Assembly: GCA_002842875.1 (NCBI GenBank)
Contig: PHEF01000007.1
Location: forward strand, 3,671-67,670
Source of the DNA: Alphaproteobacteria bacterium HGW-Alphaproteobacteria-3
GTDB taxonomy: Bacteria; Pseudomonadota; Alphaproteobacteria; Parvibaculales; Parvibaculaceae
Length of the DNA: 64,000 nt
Direction: 5' to 3'
Made by a program: the position numbers and the translations under genes. The notes below the pieces were generated by a model. The model was not told the origin of the DNA. It made no database searches and saw only the letters and a list, made by a program, of their open reading frames with translations. Below are positions 36,942-45,799 of the stretch, piece by piece (the first letter of the stretch is position 1; every line of letters starts with the position of its first letter).

Positions 36942-37678
36942 CCCCAAGGCCCGCGCCGCGCGCCCGTCCGCCCATCGAAGACGCGCGGCCGGGCCGGGTG
37001 GAAAAGCGGCACACCCGAACGCTTGAAGAAGGGCACGAGCACCATCCCGGCAACGAAACCGCCGGCATGCGCCCAGAAGGCGACGCCCGCTTCCTCGACC
37101 GGGCTCGCAAGACCGCTCACCACCTGAATGACGAACCAGAGCCCGAGCACCACAAGGGCGGGCACATAGAAGGTGCGCAGGAGAATGATGGGGAAAGGCA
37201 GGAAGAGGACGCGCACGCGGCCTCGCGGATAGAGCAGGAGATAGGCGCCGAGCACGCCGGAAATCGCCCCGCTCGCGCCAACAAGCGGCACCGTGGACGC
37301 GGGTACGAAAAATGAATGCGTGAGCGCCGCCGCAATACCTGTCACGAGATAGAACAGGACGAAGCGCACGCGCCCCATCGCAAGCTCCACATTGTCGCCG
37401 AATATCCAGAGATAGAGCATGTTGCCCGCGAGATGCGCGAACCCGCCATGCATGAACATGGAGCTGAAAAGCGTCGTCCAGGCGGGCACCGGCGCATTCG
37501 TCATCTCGGTCGTACCGAAAAGCACGCCCGGGATGAGCCCGAACCGATAGACGGCAAGCTCCGCCTCGCCGGGCCCGAGCGAGGCCTGAAGGAAGAAGAC
37601 GCCCGTGCAGATCGCGATGATTGCCCAGGTGACGAAGGGAACGCCGGGTTCGGGATTGTCGTCTGAAATGGGAAACAT
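36938..37678 (-). CDS. Rhomboid-family intramembrane serine protease
   Basis: HGGFAHLAGNMLYLWIFG, catalytic GASGAISGVLGAY, and a later HAGGF; six TM segments. Confidence 0.88.
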   Translation of the reverse strand: MFPISDDNPEPGVPFVTWAIIAICTGVFFLQASLGPGEAELAVYRFGLIPGVLFGTTEMTNAPVPAWTTLFSSMFMHGGFAHLAGNMLYLWIFGDNVELAMGRVRFVLFYLVTGIAAALTHSFFVPASTVPLVGASGAISGVLGAYLLLYPRGRVRVLFLPFPIILLRTFYVPALVVLGLWFVIQVVSGLASPVEEAGVAFWAHAGGFVAGMVLVPFFKRSGVPLFHPARPRVFDGRTGARRGPWG

Positions 37679-37759
37679 GGGCAGGCAGCGCTCCGTTGAC
37701 GAACGAAACCCGAAGCCTACAGGCTTTGCGCGCCGCCGAAAGAGACTTTCCGGCTCCGG

Positions 37760-38413
37760 TCAGCGCGCATGCGGCGTGCGATTGGAAAAATCTGCCGTCT
37801 CGGCCGTGGCAAGTTCCCGCGCGCGGGCTTCCGATTCCTCGCGAAGCGGTTTTGCCGCCGCAAGCGCTTCCTCGCTCGAATCCTGCTGGAAGAACGTATA
37901 GGAGAGCGTGATCGTGCGGATGCTTCTCGTGTCGATATCCGTCGCCATCTCCGGATCGATGAAGAAGACGATCGGCATATCCGCGCTCTCGCCCGGCGCG
38001 AGCTTCTGCTCGGTAAAACAGAAGCACTCCGTCTTGTTGAAATAATAGCCAGCCGAATCCGGCGTCACATTATATGTGGCCCGTCCGACAATCGCCCGGT
38101 CGCTGGTATTCGTCGCCCGGTAGTAGACCGTGGTCGGCACGCCGCTATGCGTCTGCACCGCGCGTTGCACCGGCTTGAAATCCCACTCGAGACCGGGCGC
38201 GGTGTTCGCATCGAAGCGCACCGTGATCGCGGGGCCGATGCTGTCGCTCTCCTGCGGCTTGAGCGCCCTGTTCACACTCACCGTGCCGCCATAGCCCGTC
38301 GCCGCACAGAACATCCGATAGAGCGTCGGCGAATAGGCGACACCCGCCGTCGCGATGGCGACGATCGTCAGCGACAGGGCGACCGGCGGAATGGATTTTC
38401 TGCGAATTTTCAT
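37760..38413 (-). CDS. ctaG: Cytochrome c oxidase assembly protein Cox11/CtaG (copper chaperone)
   Basis: Start MKIRRKSIPPVALSL at 38413. Single TM, FCAATGYGGT, and copper-binding CFCF (KTECFCFTEQ). About 40 extra residues follow the conserved domain at the C-terminus. Confidence 0.88.
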   Translation of the reverse strand: MKIRRKSIPPVALSLTIVAIATAGVAYSPTLYRMFCAATGYGGTVSVNRALKPQESDSIGPAITVRFDANTAPGLEWDFKPVQRAVQTHSGVPTTVYYRATNTSDRAIVGRATYNVTPDSAGYYFNKTECFCFTEQKLAPGESADMPIVFFIDPEMATDIDTRSIRTITLSYTFFQQDSSEEALAAAKPLREESEARARELATAETADFSNRTPHAR

Positions 38414-38628
38414 GACGGGCGGAACTTTAGGGGGCTCTCGCCGGGCGGGCAAGCTTGCCGCCCGGGGCGCCCGCCGTGGCCGATTGACGCGTTTCCGGGC
38501 GGGCAGGTGGAAACGGCGGATTCGACCTCTGGCCTCATCGTGGTAACAATGCGGCATGGCGGTCCCGGCAGGGGGGAACCGCGCCATGAACAAGGGAAAG
38601 AGGGCGAAGCCCCGGGGAGTATCTCAAG

Positions 38629-40740
38629 GTGTCTGGTTTTCGGTTCGGGCCGGCCGAGCGCGGCGCGACGCTTGTCCGGCTGCATGTCGCATTGTTCCTC
38701 GGGCTTGGCATCGCGTTCGCGCCCGGCGCGGCGGACGCGGTAGAAGAAACGAACGGGCAGGTGCTGATGCTCGACGAACTCACCGTCACCACGACGGGCT
38801 TCGGCACGCCGCGCGCCACCCATACCGGCAATATTTCCAAGATTACGGGCCCCGAGGTCGATTTCATCCGCCCGGCCCAGCCCGCCGAGGCGCTGAACCG
38901 CCTGCCCGGCGTCGGCATCCAGCAAGGCAGCGGCGCCGAGCATCTGACCGCCATTCGCTCACCCGTTCTCACGGGCGGCGCGGGCGCGGGCTCCTTCCTC
39001 TACCTCGAGGACGGCGTGCCGATGCGCGCGGCGGGCTTTGCGAACGTCAACGCCCTGATGGAAGCGATGGACGAAGTCTCGGGCGGCATCGAAGTGGTGC
39101 GGGGGCCCGGCGGCGCGCGCTACGGATCGAACGCGGAGCACGGTCTCATCAACTTCCTGAGCCTGTCACCCGGCCTCGATGACGATGCGGAACTGACGGT
39201 CTGGGGCGGGCCGCACGATTTCTACAAATCCTCCGGCACGGCAAGTCAGACGATCGCTGGCGAGAACGGCGCGACACATGGCGTTCGCGGCAGCTTCGCC
39301 GTCATGAAGGATGGCGGTTTCCGCGCCGACTCCGGCCTCGAACAGCAGAAGGCGCGGCTGCGCTACGACTTCGACGCGCCCGATACGCGCATCGCGGCGA
39401 CGCTCACCGCTGTCAATACGAACCAGGAAACCGCGGGCTTCGTGGTCGGACCGAACGCATACAAGGATCCCGCGCTCTACAAGACGAACCCCGATCCGGA
39501 AGCCTATCGCGATGCCTGGGCGGTGCGCACGGCCGTCCGGATCGAGCGCGATCTGGACGACGATCTGATGCTGGTGCTGACGCCCTATGCGCGCACCAAC
39601 GGCATGGATTTCCTCATGCACTTCCTCCCCGGGCAACCGGTCGAGGAAAATGCGCACTGGAGCGGCGGCGTCCTTTCAAGGCTCGTGACGAAGCTCGACG
39701 GCGGACACAGCCTGATCTTCGGCTTCGATGCCGAATACACGGACGGCTCGCTGACGGAAATTCAGGAAGGGCCGACCGTTTTTCCCGGCCCGAACGAAGT
39801 GCCGCAAGGCGTTCACTACGATTACACGGTGAAGGCGCTTGTTCTCGCCCCCTACATCCACAGCGAATGGCAGCTCGCGCCGAAGACGCAGCTCACAGCC
39901 GGCCTTCGGTTCGAATACACGCGCTACGATTACGAGAACCATGCAACAAACGGTATTTTCGGCCGCATCCAGCGCATCCCGAGCCGCGTCGACGAATTCG
40001 GCGACGTGACACCGAAGATCGGCATCCTGCATGAGTTCAGCGATGCCGCGACCGGCTATGTCAACATCGCGCGCGGCACGCGGGCGCCGCAGACGACCGA
40101 CCTCTATCGCCTGCAACGGCTGCAGGTGCCGAACGAGGCGAAGTCGGAAGAACTCGACAGCATCGAGGTCGGGTTTCGCGGGCGCTGGAACGGCATCTCC
40201 TACGAAACCAACCTCTTCTACATGGAGAAGGAGAATTTCTATTTCCGCGATGCCAACGGCTTCAATGTTTCGGACGGCAAGACGGACCACGCCGGCATCG
40301 AACTCGAACTCGCCTCGCCGCTCGCCTTCGGATTCGACATTGCCGCCTCGGGCACCTACGCCCGTCACACATATGCCTTCGACAACACCGCCGGATCGGA
40401 GATCATCCGCGATGGCGACGATGTCGATACAGCGCCGCGCACGCTCGCCAATGTCCGCGTCGGTTATACGCTGCCGGACAGCCGCGGCCGGGCGGAACTC
40501 GAATGGGTCCATATGGGTTCCTACTGGATGGACGCCGCCAACTCGGTCAAATATGACGGCCACGACCTCTTCAACCTGCGCGCGGATTACGATTTGTCCG
40601 GGAACCTTGCGTTGTTCGGCAAGCTGACCAATATCTTCGACACGCGCTATGCGGACCGGGCGGATGTCGGGTTCACCGGGCCGCGTTTTTTCCCGGGCGA
40701 GGATCGCGGCCTGTATCTGGGCCTCACGCTGCGCTACTGA
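38629..40740 (+). CDS. TonB-dependent outer-membrane receptor
   Basis: Signal peptide, TonB-box-like DELTVTTTG, plug motifs (LNRLPGVGIQQGSG ... IEVVRGPGGARYGSNA), and a C-terminal LYLGLTLRY. Confidence 0.88.
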   Translation: MSGFRFGPAERGATLVRLHVALFLGLGIAFAPGAADAVEETNGQVLMLDELTVTTTGFGTPRATHTGNISKITGPEVDFIRPAQPAEALNRLPGVGIQQGSGAEHLTAIRSPVLTGGAGAGSFLYLEDGVPMRAAGFANVNALMEAMDEVSGGIEVVRGPGGARYGSNAEHGLINFLSLSPGLDDDAELTVWGGPHDFYKSSGTASQTIAGENGATHGVRGSFAVMKDGGFRADSGLEQQKARLRYDFDAPDTRIAATLTAVNTNQETAGFVVGPNAYKDPALYKTNPDPEAYRDAWAVRTAVRIERDLDDDLMLVLTPYARTNGMDFLMHFLPGQPVEENAHWSGGVLSRLVTKLDGGHSLIFGFDAEYTDGSLTEIQEGPTVFPGPNEVPQGVHYDYTVKALVLAPYIHSEWQLAPKTQLTAGLRFEYTRYDYENHATNGIFGRIQRIPSRVDEFGDVTPKIGILHEFSDAATGYVNIARGTRAPQTTDLYRLQRLQVPNEAKSEELDSIEVGFRGRWNGISYETNLFYMEKENFYFRDANGFNVSDGKTDHAGIELELASPLAFGFDIAASGTYARHTYAFDNTAGSEIIRDGDDVDTAPRTLANVRVGYTLPDSRGRAELEWVHMGSYWMDAANSVKYDGHDLFNLRADYDLSGNLALFGKLTNIFDTRYADRADVGFTGPRFFPGEDRGLYLGLTLRY

Positions 40741-40798
40741 ACGGCCCGGATCGGACCGGCGCATCCGGCAACACGTGTAGCGGCCAATATGGAGGCCC

Positions 40799-42247
40799 AT
40801 GGGAACGCTATTCTGGGATATCTGGCCTTTCCTGCTTGCGCTCATCCAGTTCGGCGGCATGGCAGGCGCGGCAATCCACGTCATGCTGACCAAGACCGAC
40901 GAGCGCGCTGCCGCCAGCTGGGTCGGTTTCGTCGTGCTCGTCCCCTTCGTCGGCTGGATCGTCTATCTCCTGTTCGGCGTGAACCGCATCCAGCGCCGCG
41001 CGCGCGAATTGCGCGGCCAGAAACACGACATGCTGCTTCTGGCGCCGCTCCCCGCGAAAGCTGAAGAACGCGCCGCCGAGGGCGTCGTCCGCCTGCGCGA
41101 GCTGGAAGGCCTTGCGCGCTTCGGCCAGAAGATTCTTCCCGAAAGCTTCGAGCAGGGAAATGCCGTTGGCGTCCTCCTGAATGGCGACGAGGCCTATCCC
41201 TCGATGCTGGAGGCGATTTCGCGGGCGGAGCGCTCCATCGCGATCTCGACCTACATCTTCAACAACGACTCTGTCGGCAGGCGCTTCGTCGATGCACTCT
41301 CCGATGCGATGGATCGCGGCGTTCGCGTGCGCCTCCTGATCGACGGCGTCGGCTCATGGTACTCGCGCCCCTCCATCATTCCCCTCCTCGAGCAGAGAGG
41401 CATCGACTACGCGCGCTTCCTTCACTCCTTCATGCCCTGGCAGATGCCTTATCTGAACATGCGCAATCACCAGAAGATCTTCGTGGTGGACGGACGGCAT
41501 GGCTATACGGGTGGCATGAACATCGCGGAGGGCAACGTGGTCGCCAGCGGCCCGCAAAAACCGATCCACGATACCCATTTCCGCGTGGAGGGGCCGGTCG
41601 TCTCGCATCTCATGCACACCTTCGCCCATGAGTGGAACTTCACGACGGGCGAAGTTCTCGAAGGCGACGACTGGTTTCCCGGCATCGAACCCGCCGGCAC
41701 CGTCGTCGCGCGCGGCCTTCCCGCGGGGCCCGACATGGGCCTCAATCCGATCCGCTGGACGCTGCTCGGTGCGCTCGCCGAAGCGCGGCACCATGTTCGC
41801 ATTGTCACGCCCTACTTCATTCCGGATGCGACGCTGAGGACCAATATCTCGCTCGCCGCCATGCGCGGCGTCATCGTCGACATCGTCCTGCCGCAAACGA
41901 GCAACCTGCCATTCTGCGACTGGGCCTCGACACCGCTTCTCGCTTCGCTTGCCCGCGCGGGCTGTCGCATCTGGAAGACGAACGGGCCCTTCGACCACTC
42001 GAAAATGATGACGGTGGACGGCATGTGGGCGATGGTCGGCTCCGCCAACTGGGACGACAGGAGCCTCCGCCTCAACTTCGAGTTCAACCTCGAATGTTAC
42101 GGATCGGAATTCGCCCGCGAGCTCGACGAGCTGATCGAGCGCAAGATTTCGACCGCACGTCCCGTCACCTATGACGACCTCGCGAACCGCGCCTTGCCGC
42201 TGCGCATCCGCGATTCCTTCTTCCGGCTCGCCTCGCCTTATCTCTGA
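40799..42247 (+). CDS. cls: Cardiolipin synthase (PLD superfamily)
   Basis: Two N-terminal TM helices and two HKD motifs (HQKIFVVDG and HSKMMTVDG). Confidence 0.88.
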   Translation: MGTLFWDIWPFLLALIQFGGMAGAAIHVMLTKTDERAAASWVGFVVLVPFVGWIVYLLFGVNRIQRRARELRGQKHDMLLLAPLPAKAEERAAEGVVRLRELEGLARFGQKILPESFEQGNAVGVLLNGDEAYPSMLEAISRAERSIAISTYIFNNDSVGRRFVDALSDAMDRGVRVRLLIDGVGSWYSRPSIIPLLEQRGIDYARFLHSFMPWQMPYLNMRNHQKIFVVDGRHGYTGGMNIAEGNVVASGPQKPIHDTHFRVEGPVVSHLMHTFAHEWNFTTGEVLEGDDWFPGIEPAGTVVARGLPAGPDMGLNPIRWTLLGALAEARHHVRIVTPYFIPDATLRTNISLAAMRGVIVDIVLPQTSNLPFCDWASTPLLASLARAGCRIWKTNGPFDHSKMMTVDGMWAMVGSANWDDRSLRLNFEFNLECYGSEFARELDELIERKISTARPVTYDDLANRALPLRIRDSFFRLASPYL

Positions 42248-42348
42248 GCGCCCTGCACAGCTTGTCTACGTCTTTTTGCGGACTATGCTTGATCGGGAGC
42301 GGAGCGATAATCGCGCTCCCAGACTTTCTCTCCCAGGGAGGCATTGAA

Positions 42349-42606
42349 ATGGCCGAAAGGAAATCCGGCGAAGGAGCGACCGTCGAGGAGCTCCAGGCAC
42401 AGATCGAAGCACTCCAGCAGGCGCTCGATGAAGCCCGCGCGGCGGCGCCAGATGCCGAGAGCATCCTTGCCGATGCGGAGGCGGTGCGCGAGCGCGTCCA
42501 GGAGGGCCTCCAGGACGTCCAGAAGCAAATCGATGCCCATCCCGTGCCGAGCGCGCTTCTGGCCTTCGGCCTGGGGTTCCTCATTGGCCGTCTTCTGACG
42601 AGATAG
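42349..42606 (+). CDS. DUF883 (ElaB/YqjD-like) tail-anchored protein
   Basis: ATG preceded by GGGAGG. It has a coiled-coil N-terminus and a C-terminal anchor PVPSALLAFGLGFLIGRLLTR. The track ORF start at 42262 is overextended. Confidence 0.7.
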   Translation: MAERKSGEGATVEELQAQIEALQQALDEARAAAPDAESILADAEAVRERVQEGLQDVQKQIDAHPVPSALLAFGLGFLIGRLLTR

Positions 42607-42616
42607 GAGAGGCCCC

Positions 42617-43117
42617 GTGATCGATCCCACACCCAAAGTCCGCAAGCTCGCCGAGGCCGAACTCTACCGCGCCGAACTCGAAGCGCGCCGCCTCGCCCGC
42701 CGCCTCTCGCTCGTCGGCATCGCCGTCTTCATCGCGCTCTTCGCCCTGGTCATGCTGATCGTCGCCGGATTTCTCTATCTCTCCGAAATCTACGGCTATC
42801 CGCTCGGCGCGCTCATCACCGGCGGCGTGCTGACGCTGCTCGCCTTCGTTGCGCTCCTCTTCGCCGCCAGGGCGCCGGGCCGCGCCGACCGGCTCGAACT
42901 CGAACTCGCGAACCAGGCGATCGTTTCGGCGCGCGCCGATGTGAAACGCGACTTCGACACGATTGAGCGCACGCTGAACGACCTGACGCTGGGCGTCCTC
43001 GGGCTGGTCAAGGGCGGCACCGGCAGCCTGCCGCTCATCACGATTATTATAGGCGCGATTGCCGCGATGAGCCCTGCCCTGAGGCGCTTCCTCATGCCTT
43101 TCCTGCGGAAGGATTGA
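42617..43117 (+). CDS. YqjE/Holin-X-like (phage holin family 3_6 / DUF1469-like) membrane protein
   Basis: 166 aa, GTG start, two central TM helices, and a position immediately after a DUF883 gene as in yqjD-yqjE type pairs. The family call is by resemblance only. Confidence 0.5.
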   Translation: MIDPTPKVRKLAEAELYRAELEARRLARRLSLVGIAVFIALFALVMLIVAGFLYLSEIYGYPLGALITGGVLTLLAFVALLFAARAPGRADRLELELANQAIVSARADVKRDFDTIERTLNDLTLGVLGLVKGGTGSLPLITIIIGAIAAMSPALRRFLMPFLRKD

Positions 43118-43611
43118 GCCTCATGCGCTCCCGCCTCGCCGCCGCCTTTCTCGCCCTCTCCGCCCTTGCCGCCTGCGCGCAGCAGGCCCTGCCGCAGCCC
43201 GAGGTCACCATGCGCAAGCCGCAGGGGCTCGTCGATGCGCCTGTTGACGATCATGGCACGCGCCTTGCCGGCCCGGCGGGCGGCGCCCTGCTCGGCATGG
43301 CGATAGGCACAGGCGGCGGCACGGAATGGGCGGTAGCCGCAGGTGTTGCCGCGGGCTACATCGTCGGCGGCTCCGAAGGGCCTTCGCTCACCGGCATGGC
43401 GTCCCGCGCGCGCGATGAAGCCGTTGCGAAGATGATGACGGTGCCGCTTCGCGAGCCCGTCACCTGGTTCACCGCACAGGACAAGGCAAGCGGCAAGGTG
43501 ACGCCCGTCCGCGAATTCACCGATGAACGGGGACGCACCTGCCGCGACTTCGTGGAATGGCGCACCGTCCGCGCGATGAACGGCCACACCTCCGGTACGG
43601 CCTGCCTCTAG
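43114..43611 (+). CDS. Lipoprotein, surface-antigen-like (Gly-zipper plus C-terminal Cys-containing domain)
   Basis: Signal peptide and lipobox (LSALAAC), Gly-rich GALLGMAIGTGGG, and C-terminal ERGRTCRDFVEW ... GTACL. Confidence 0.55.
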   Translation: MSLMRSRLAAAFLALSALAACAQQALPQPEVTMRKPQGLVDAPVDDHGTRLAGPAGGALLGMAIGTGGGTEWAVAAGVAAGYIVGGSEGPSLTGMASRARDEAVAKMMTVPLREPVTWFTAQDKASGKVTPVREFTDERGRTCRDFVEWRTVRAMNGHTSGTACL

Positions 43612-44063
43612 TCGGCTTTCTCCACGACAAGGGCAGAGCCGTTGACACCGGTGACCCTCACCCGCGCGCCCACGTCGGCATCCTCGCCTTCCGCGAGCCA
43701 GAGACTGTCGCCGACGCGGATCTTGCCGCCGCCATTGCGGATGTCCCGCTCGACGATAAAAACATGGCCGATATAGGAAACACCCCGCTGATTGAGCGTC
43801 GGATGATCGCTCTCGATGGGGTGACGCGTGAGAAACTGCCGCGATGCCCAGACCAGCGCCACGGACAGCACGGCAAAAAGCGCGAGCTGCGCCGCAAGTG
43901 GCATGTCGACCGCCAGCAGCAGCCCACCGACAATCGCCGCCGCAATGGCAAGCCAGATTGCAAGCACGCCCGGCGCGAAAAGCTCCACGATGGCGAGCAC
44001 GGCCGCGACGATGAACCAGATCCAGCGGCCGAGCAGTTCCAGGATGGTCGCATCGCTCTCCAT
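43608..44063 (-). CDS. NfeD-family membrane protein
   Basis: Three or four TM helices plus a C-terminal OB-like domain (GARVRVTGVNGSALVVEKAD). It is directly downstream of the SPFH gene. Confidence 0.8.
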   Translation of the reverse strand: MESDATILELLGRWIWFIVAAVLAIVELFAPGVLAIWLAIAAAIVGGLLLAVDMPLAAQLALFAVLSVALVWASRQFLTRHPIESDHPTLNQRGVSYIGHVFIVERDIRNGGGKIRVGDSLWLAEGEDADVGARVRVTGVNGSALVVEKAD

Positions 44064-44066
44064 CGT

Positions 44067-44986
44067 TCACTCGCCCCCGGCGCGCGGCACCGAGCCGGAG
44101 GGAACCCGGCGCGGCGCACCGCCCGGTCCGCCATCGCCGAAAGCCTCGCGGGCAATATCGCCGATACCGCCGATCGCGCCGATCACGCTCGACGCCTCGA
44201 GCGGCATCAGCACGAGCTTCTGGTTCGGCGACGTCGCAATGGCTTTCAACGCCTCGATATACTTGCCGGCCACGAAATAGTTGATCGCCTGCACGTCGCC
44301 CGCCGCGATAGCCCCGCTCACAACGGTCGTCGCCTTCGCTTCGGCCTCGGCCTCGCGTTCGCGCGCCTCGGCATCGCGATAGGCCGCCTCGCGCCGGCCT
44401 TCCGCCTCCAGAATGGCCGCCTGCTTCTCGCCCTCGGCCGCCAGGATCGACGCCTGCCGCTTGCCTTCGGCCTCCAGAATGGCGGCGCGTTTGTCGCGTT
44501 CGGCCTTCATCTGCCGCGCCATGCTGTCCACGATGTCGCGCGGCGGCGCGATATCCTTGATCTCGATGCGCGTCACCTTCACGCCCCAGACAGCAATTCG
44601 TCAAGGTCCATGCCACCCATCACCGTCCGGATATTCGTCATGGTGAGGTTGAGAATGGCGTTTTCGAGGAAGTTCACCTCATAGGAAGCTTTCGCCGCGT
44701 CGAGCACCTGAAAGAAGACGACGCCGTCCACCGTCACCATCGCATTGTCGCGCGTGATGACCTCTTGGCTCGGCACATCGACCACGGTCTCCATCACGTT
44801 CACCTTGTTGCCGATGCTGTCGACAAAGGGAATGATGAGACCGAGCCCCGGCGTCAGGCTGTGCGTGTACCGTCCGAAGCGTTCGACCGTATAGACATGG
44901 CCCTGCGGGACGATCTTGACCGCGCGTATCAGGAATGCGAACGCAAGCACCAGAACAACAAGCACGAACATCAATCCGCCATCCAT
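44067..44986 (-). pseudogene. SPFH/band-7 (stomatin/QmcA-like) gene split by an internal out-of-frame deletion
   Basis: The N-terminal ORF 44579..44986 ends ...[12 protein letters not shown]. The C-terminal ORF 44067..44582 in another frame begins (W)[15 protein letters not shown]. The linker normally found between these segments is absent. Confidence 0.7.
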
Positions 44987-45175
44987 GGCCGGGTCCCCTC
45001 CCTTTGGCGCGTCTGCCGTTCGGCGCCGTTCGTTTCGCCTGCGATCCCGCCGCGAACACTCGATGGTCGATTCTAGCCGATATTCTCTCCGCGCCAGCCC
45101 TTAATTGCACCTGCCCGTTGCGCTAGTCTGGCACCCGATTCCCCGTTCCCGGCCGCATCTTCAAGGATTTCCCCG

Positions 45176-45778
45176 ATGAAGCTCTATTGCTCGCACACCT
45201 CGCCTTTCGCCCGGAAGGTCCGCGTCCTCATCCGCGAAAAGGGCGCGACCGCCCGCGTGACCGAGGAAGCGGTCTCGGCGATGGAAGACCCCGCCGCGCT
45301 CCACGCAGCGAACCCGCTCGGCAAGGTTCCGGCGCTCATTCTGAAAGACGGCTCGTCCTGGTTCGACAGCCCGCTCATCTGCGAATTTCTCGACGTGACG
45401 CTCGAAGGCCCCTCGATGATCCCCGCCGCGCATGTCGAGCGCTTCCGCGTACTGCGCCATCAGGCGCTGGCGGACGGCATCATGGACGCCGCCGTCTCCA
45501 TCGTCTTCGAGCGCAACAGGCCCGAAGCCCAGCGTTCTGAGACGTGGATCGGCCGCTGGAGCCGCGCCATCGAACGCAGCCTCGCCGTCCTTGAAGATGA
45601 AGTAGTGTCGCTCGACGGGCCGGTCGATCTCGGCTCCATCGCCGTCGGCGCGGCGCTTGGCTATCTCGATTTCCGCAATGGCCATCTCGGCTGGCAGGAA
45701 AAGCAGACCGAACTCGCCGGCTGGTGGCGCGACTTCGCGAAGCGTCCCTCCTTCGCCGAAACCGCACCGCCCGCGTGA
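45176..45778 (+). CDS. Glutathione S-transferase
   Basis: MKLYCSHTSPFARKVRV thioredoxin-like N-domain, NPLGKVPAL, and an alpha-helical C-domain. Confidence 0.88.
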   Translation: MKLYCSHTSPFARKVRVLIREKGATARVTEEAVSAMEDPAALHAANPLGKVPALILKDGSSWFDSPLICEFLDVTLEGPSMIPAAHVERFRVLRHQALADGIMDAAVSIVFERNRPEAQRSETWIGRWSRAIERSLAVLEDEVVSLDGPVDLGSIAVGAALGYLDFRNGHLGWQEKQTELAGWWRDFAKRPSFAETAPPA

Positions 45779-45799
45779 AACATCAGCGCCCGTGAAACA

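Noticed and set aside
38414-38628. Possible cobalamin or other riboswitch upstream of the TonB-dependent receptor. The leader is GC-rich and structured, with AAGGGAA-like and GGUCCC elements.
   Set aside because: I could not find the B12 box or GCCACUG-type core, nor TPP (CUGAGA...ACCUGA) or other riboswitch cores. Only generic GC-rich palindromes are present.
42295-42320. Hairpin GGGAGC...GCTCCC after the cardiolipin synthase gene as an intrinsic terminator.
   Set aside because: The stem is interrupted by a 3-nt bulge and the downstream tract (AGACUUUCUCUCCC) is only weakly U-rich. It is plausible but not supportable enough to list as a feature.
44579-44600. Programmed ribosomal frameshift as an explanation for the split SPFH gene.
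   Set aside because: There is no slippery heptamer or downstream structure at the junction. About 20 conserved residues are simply missing, which a frameshift would not restore. A deletion is the simpler explanation.
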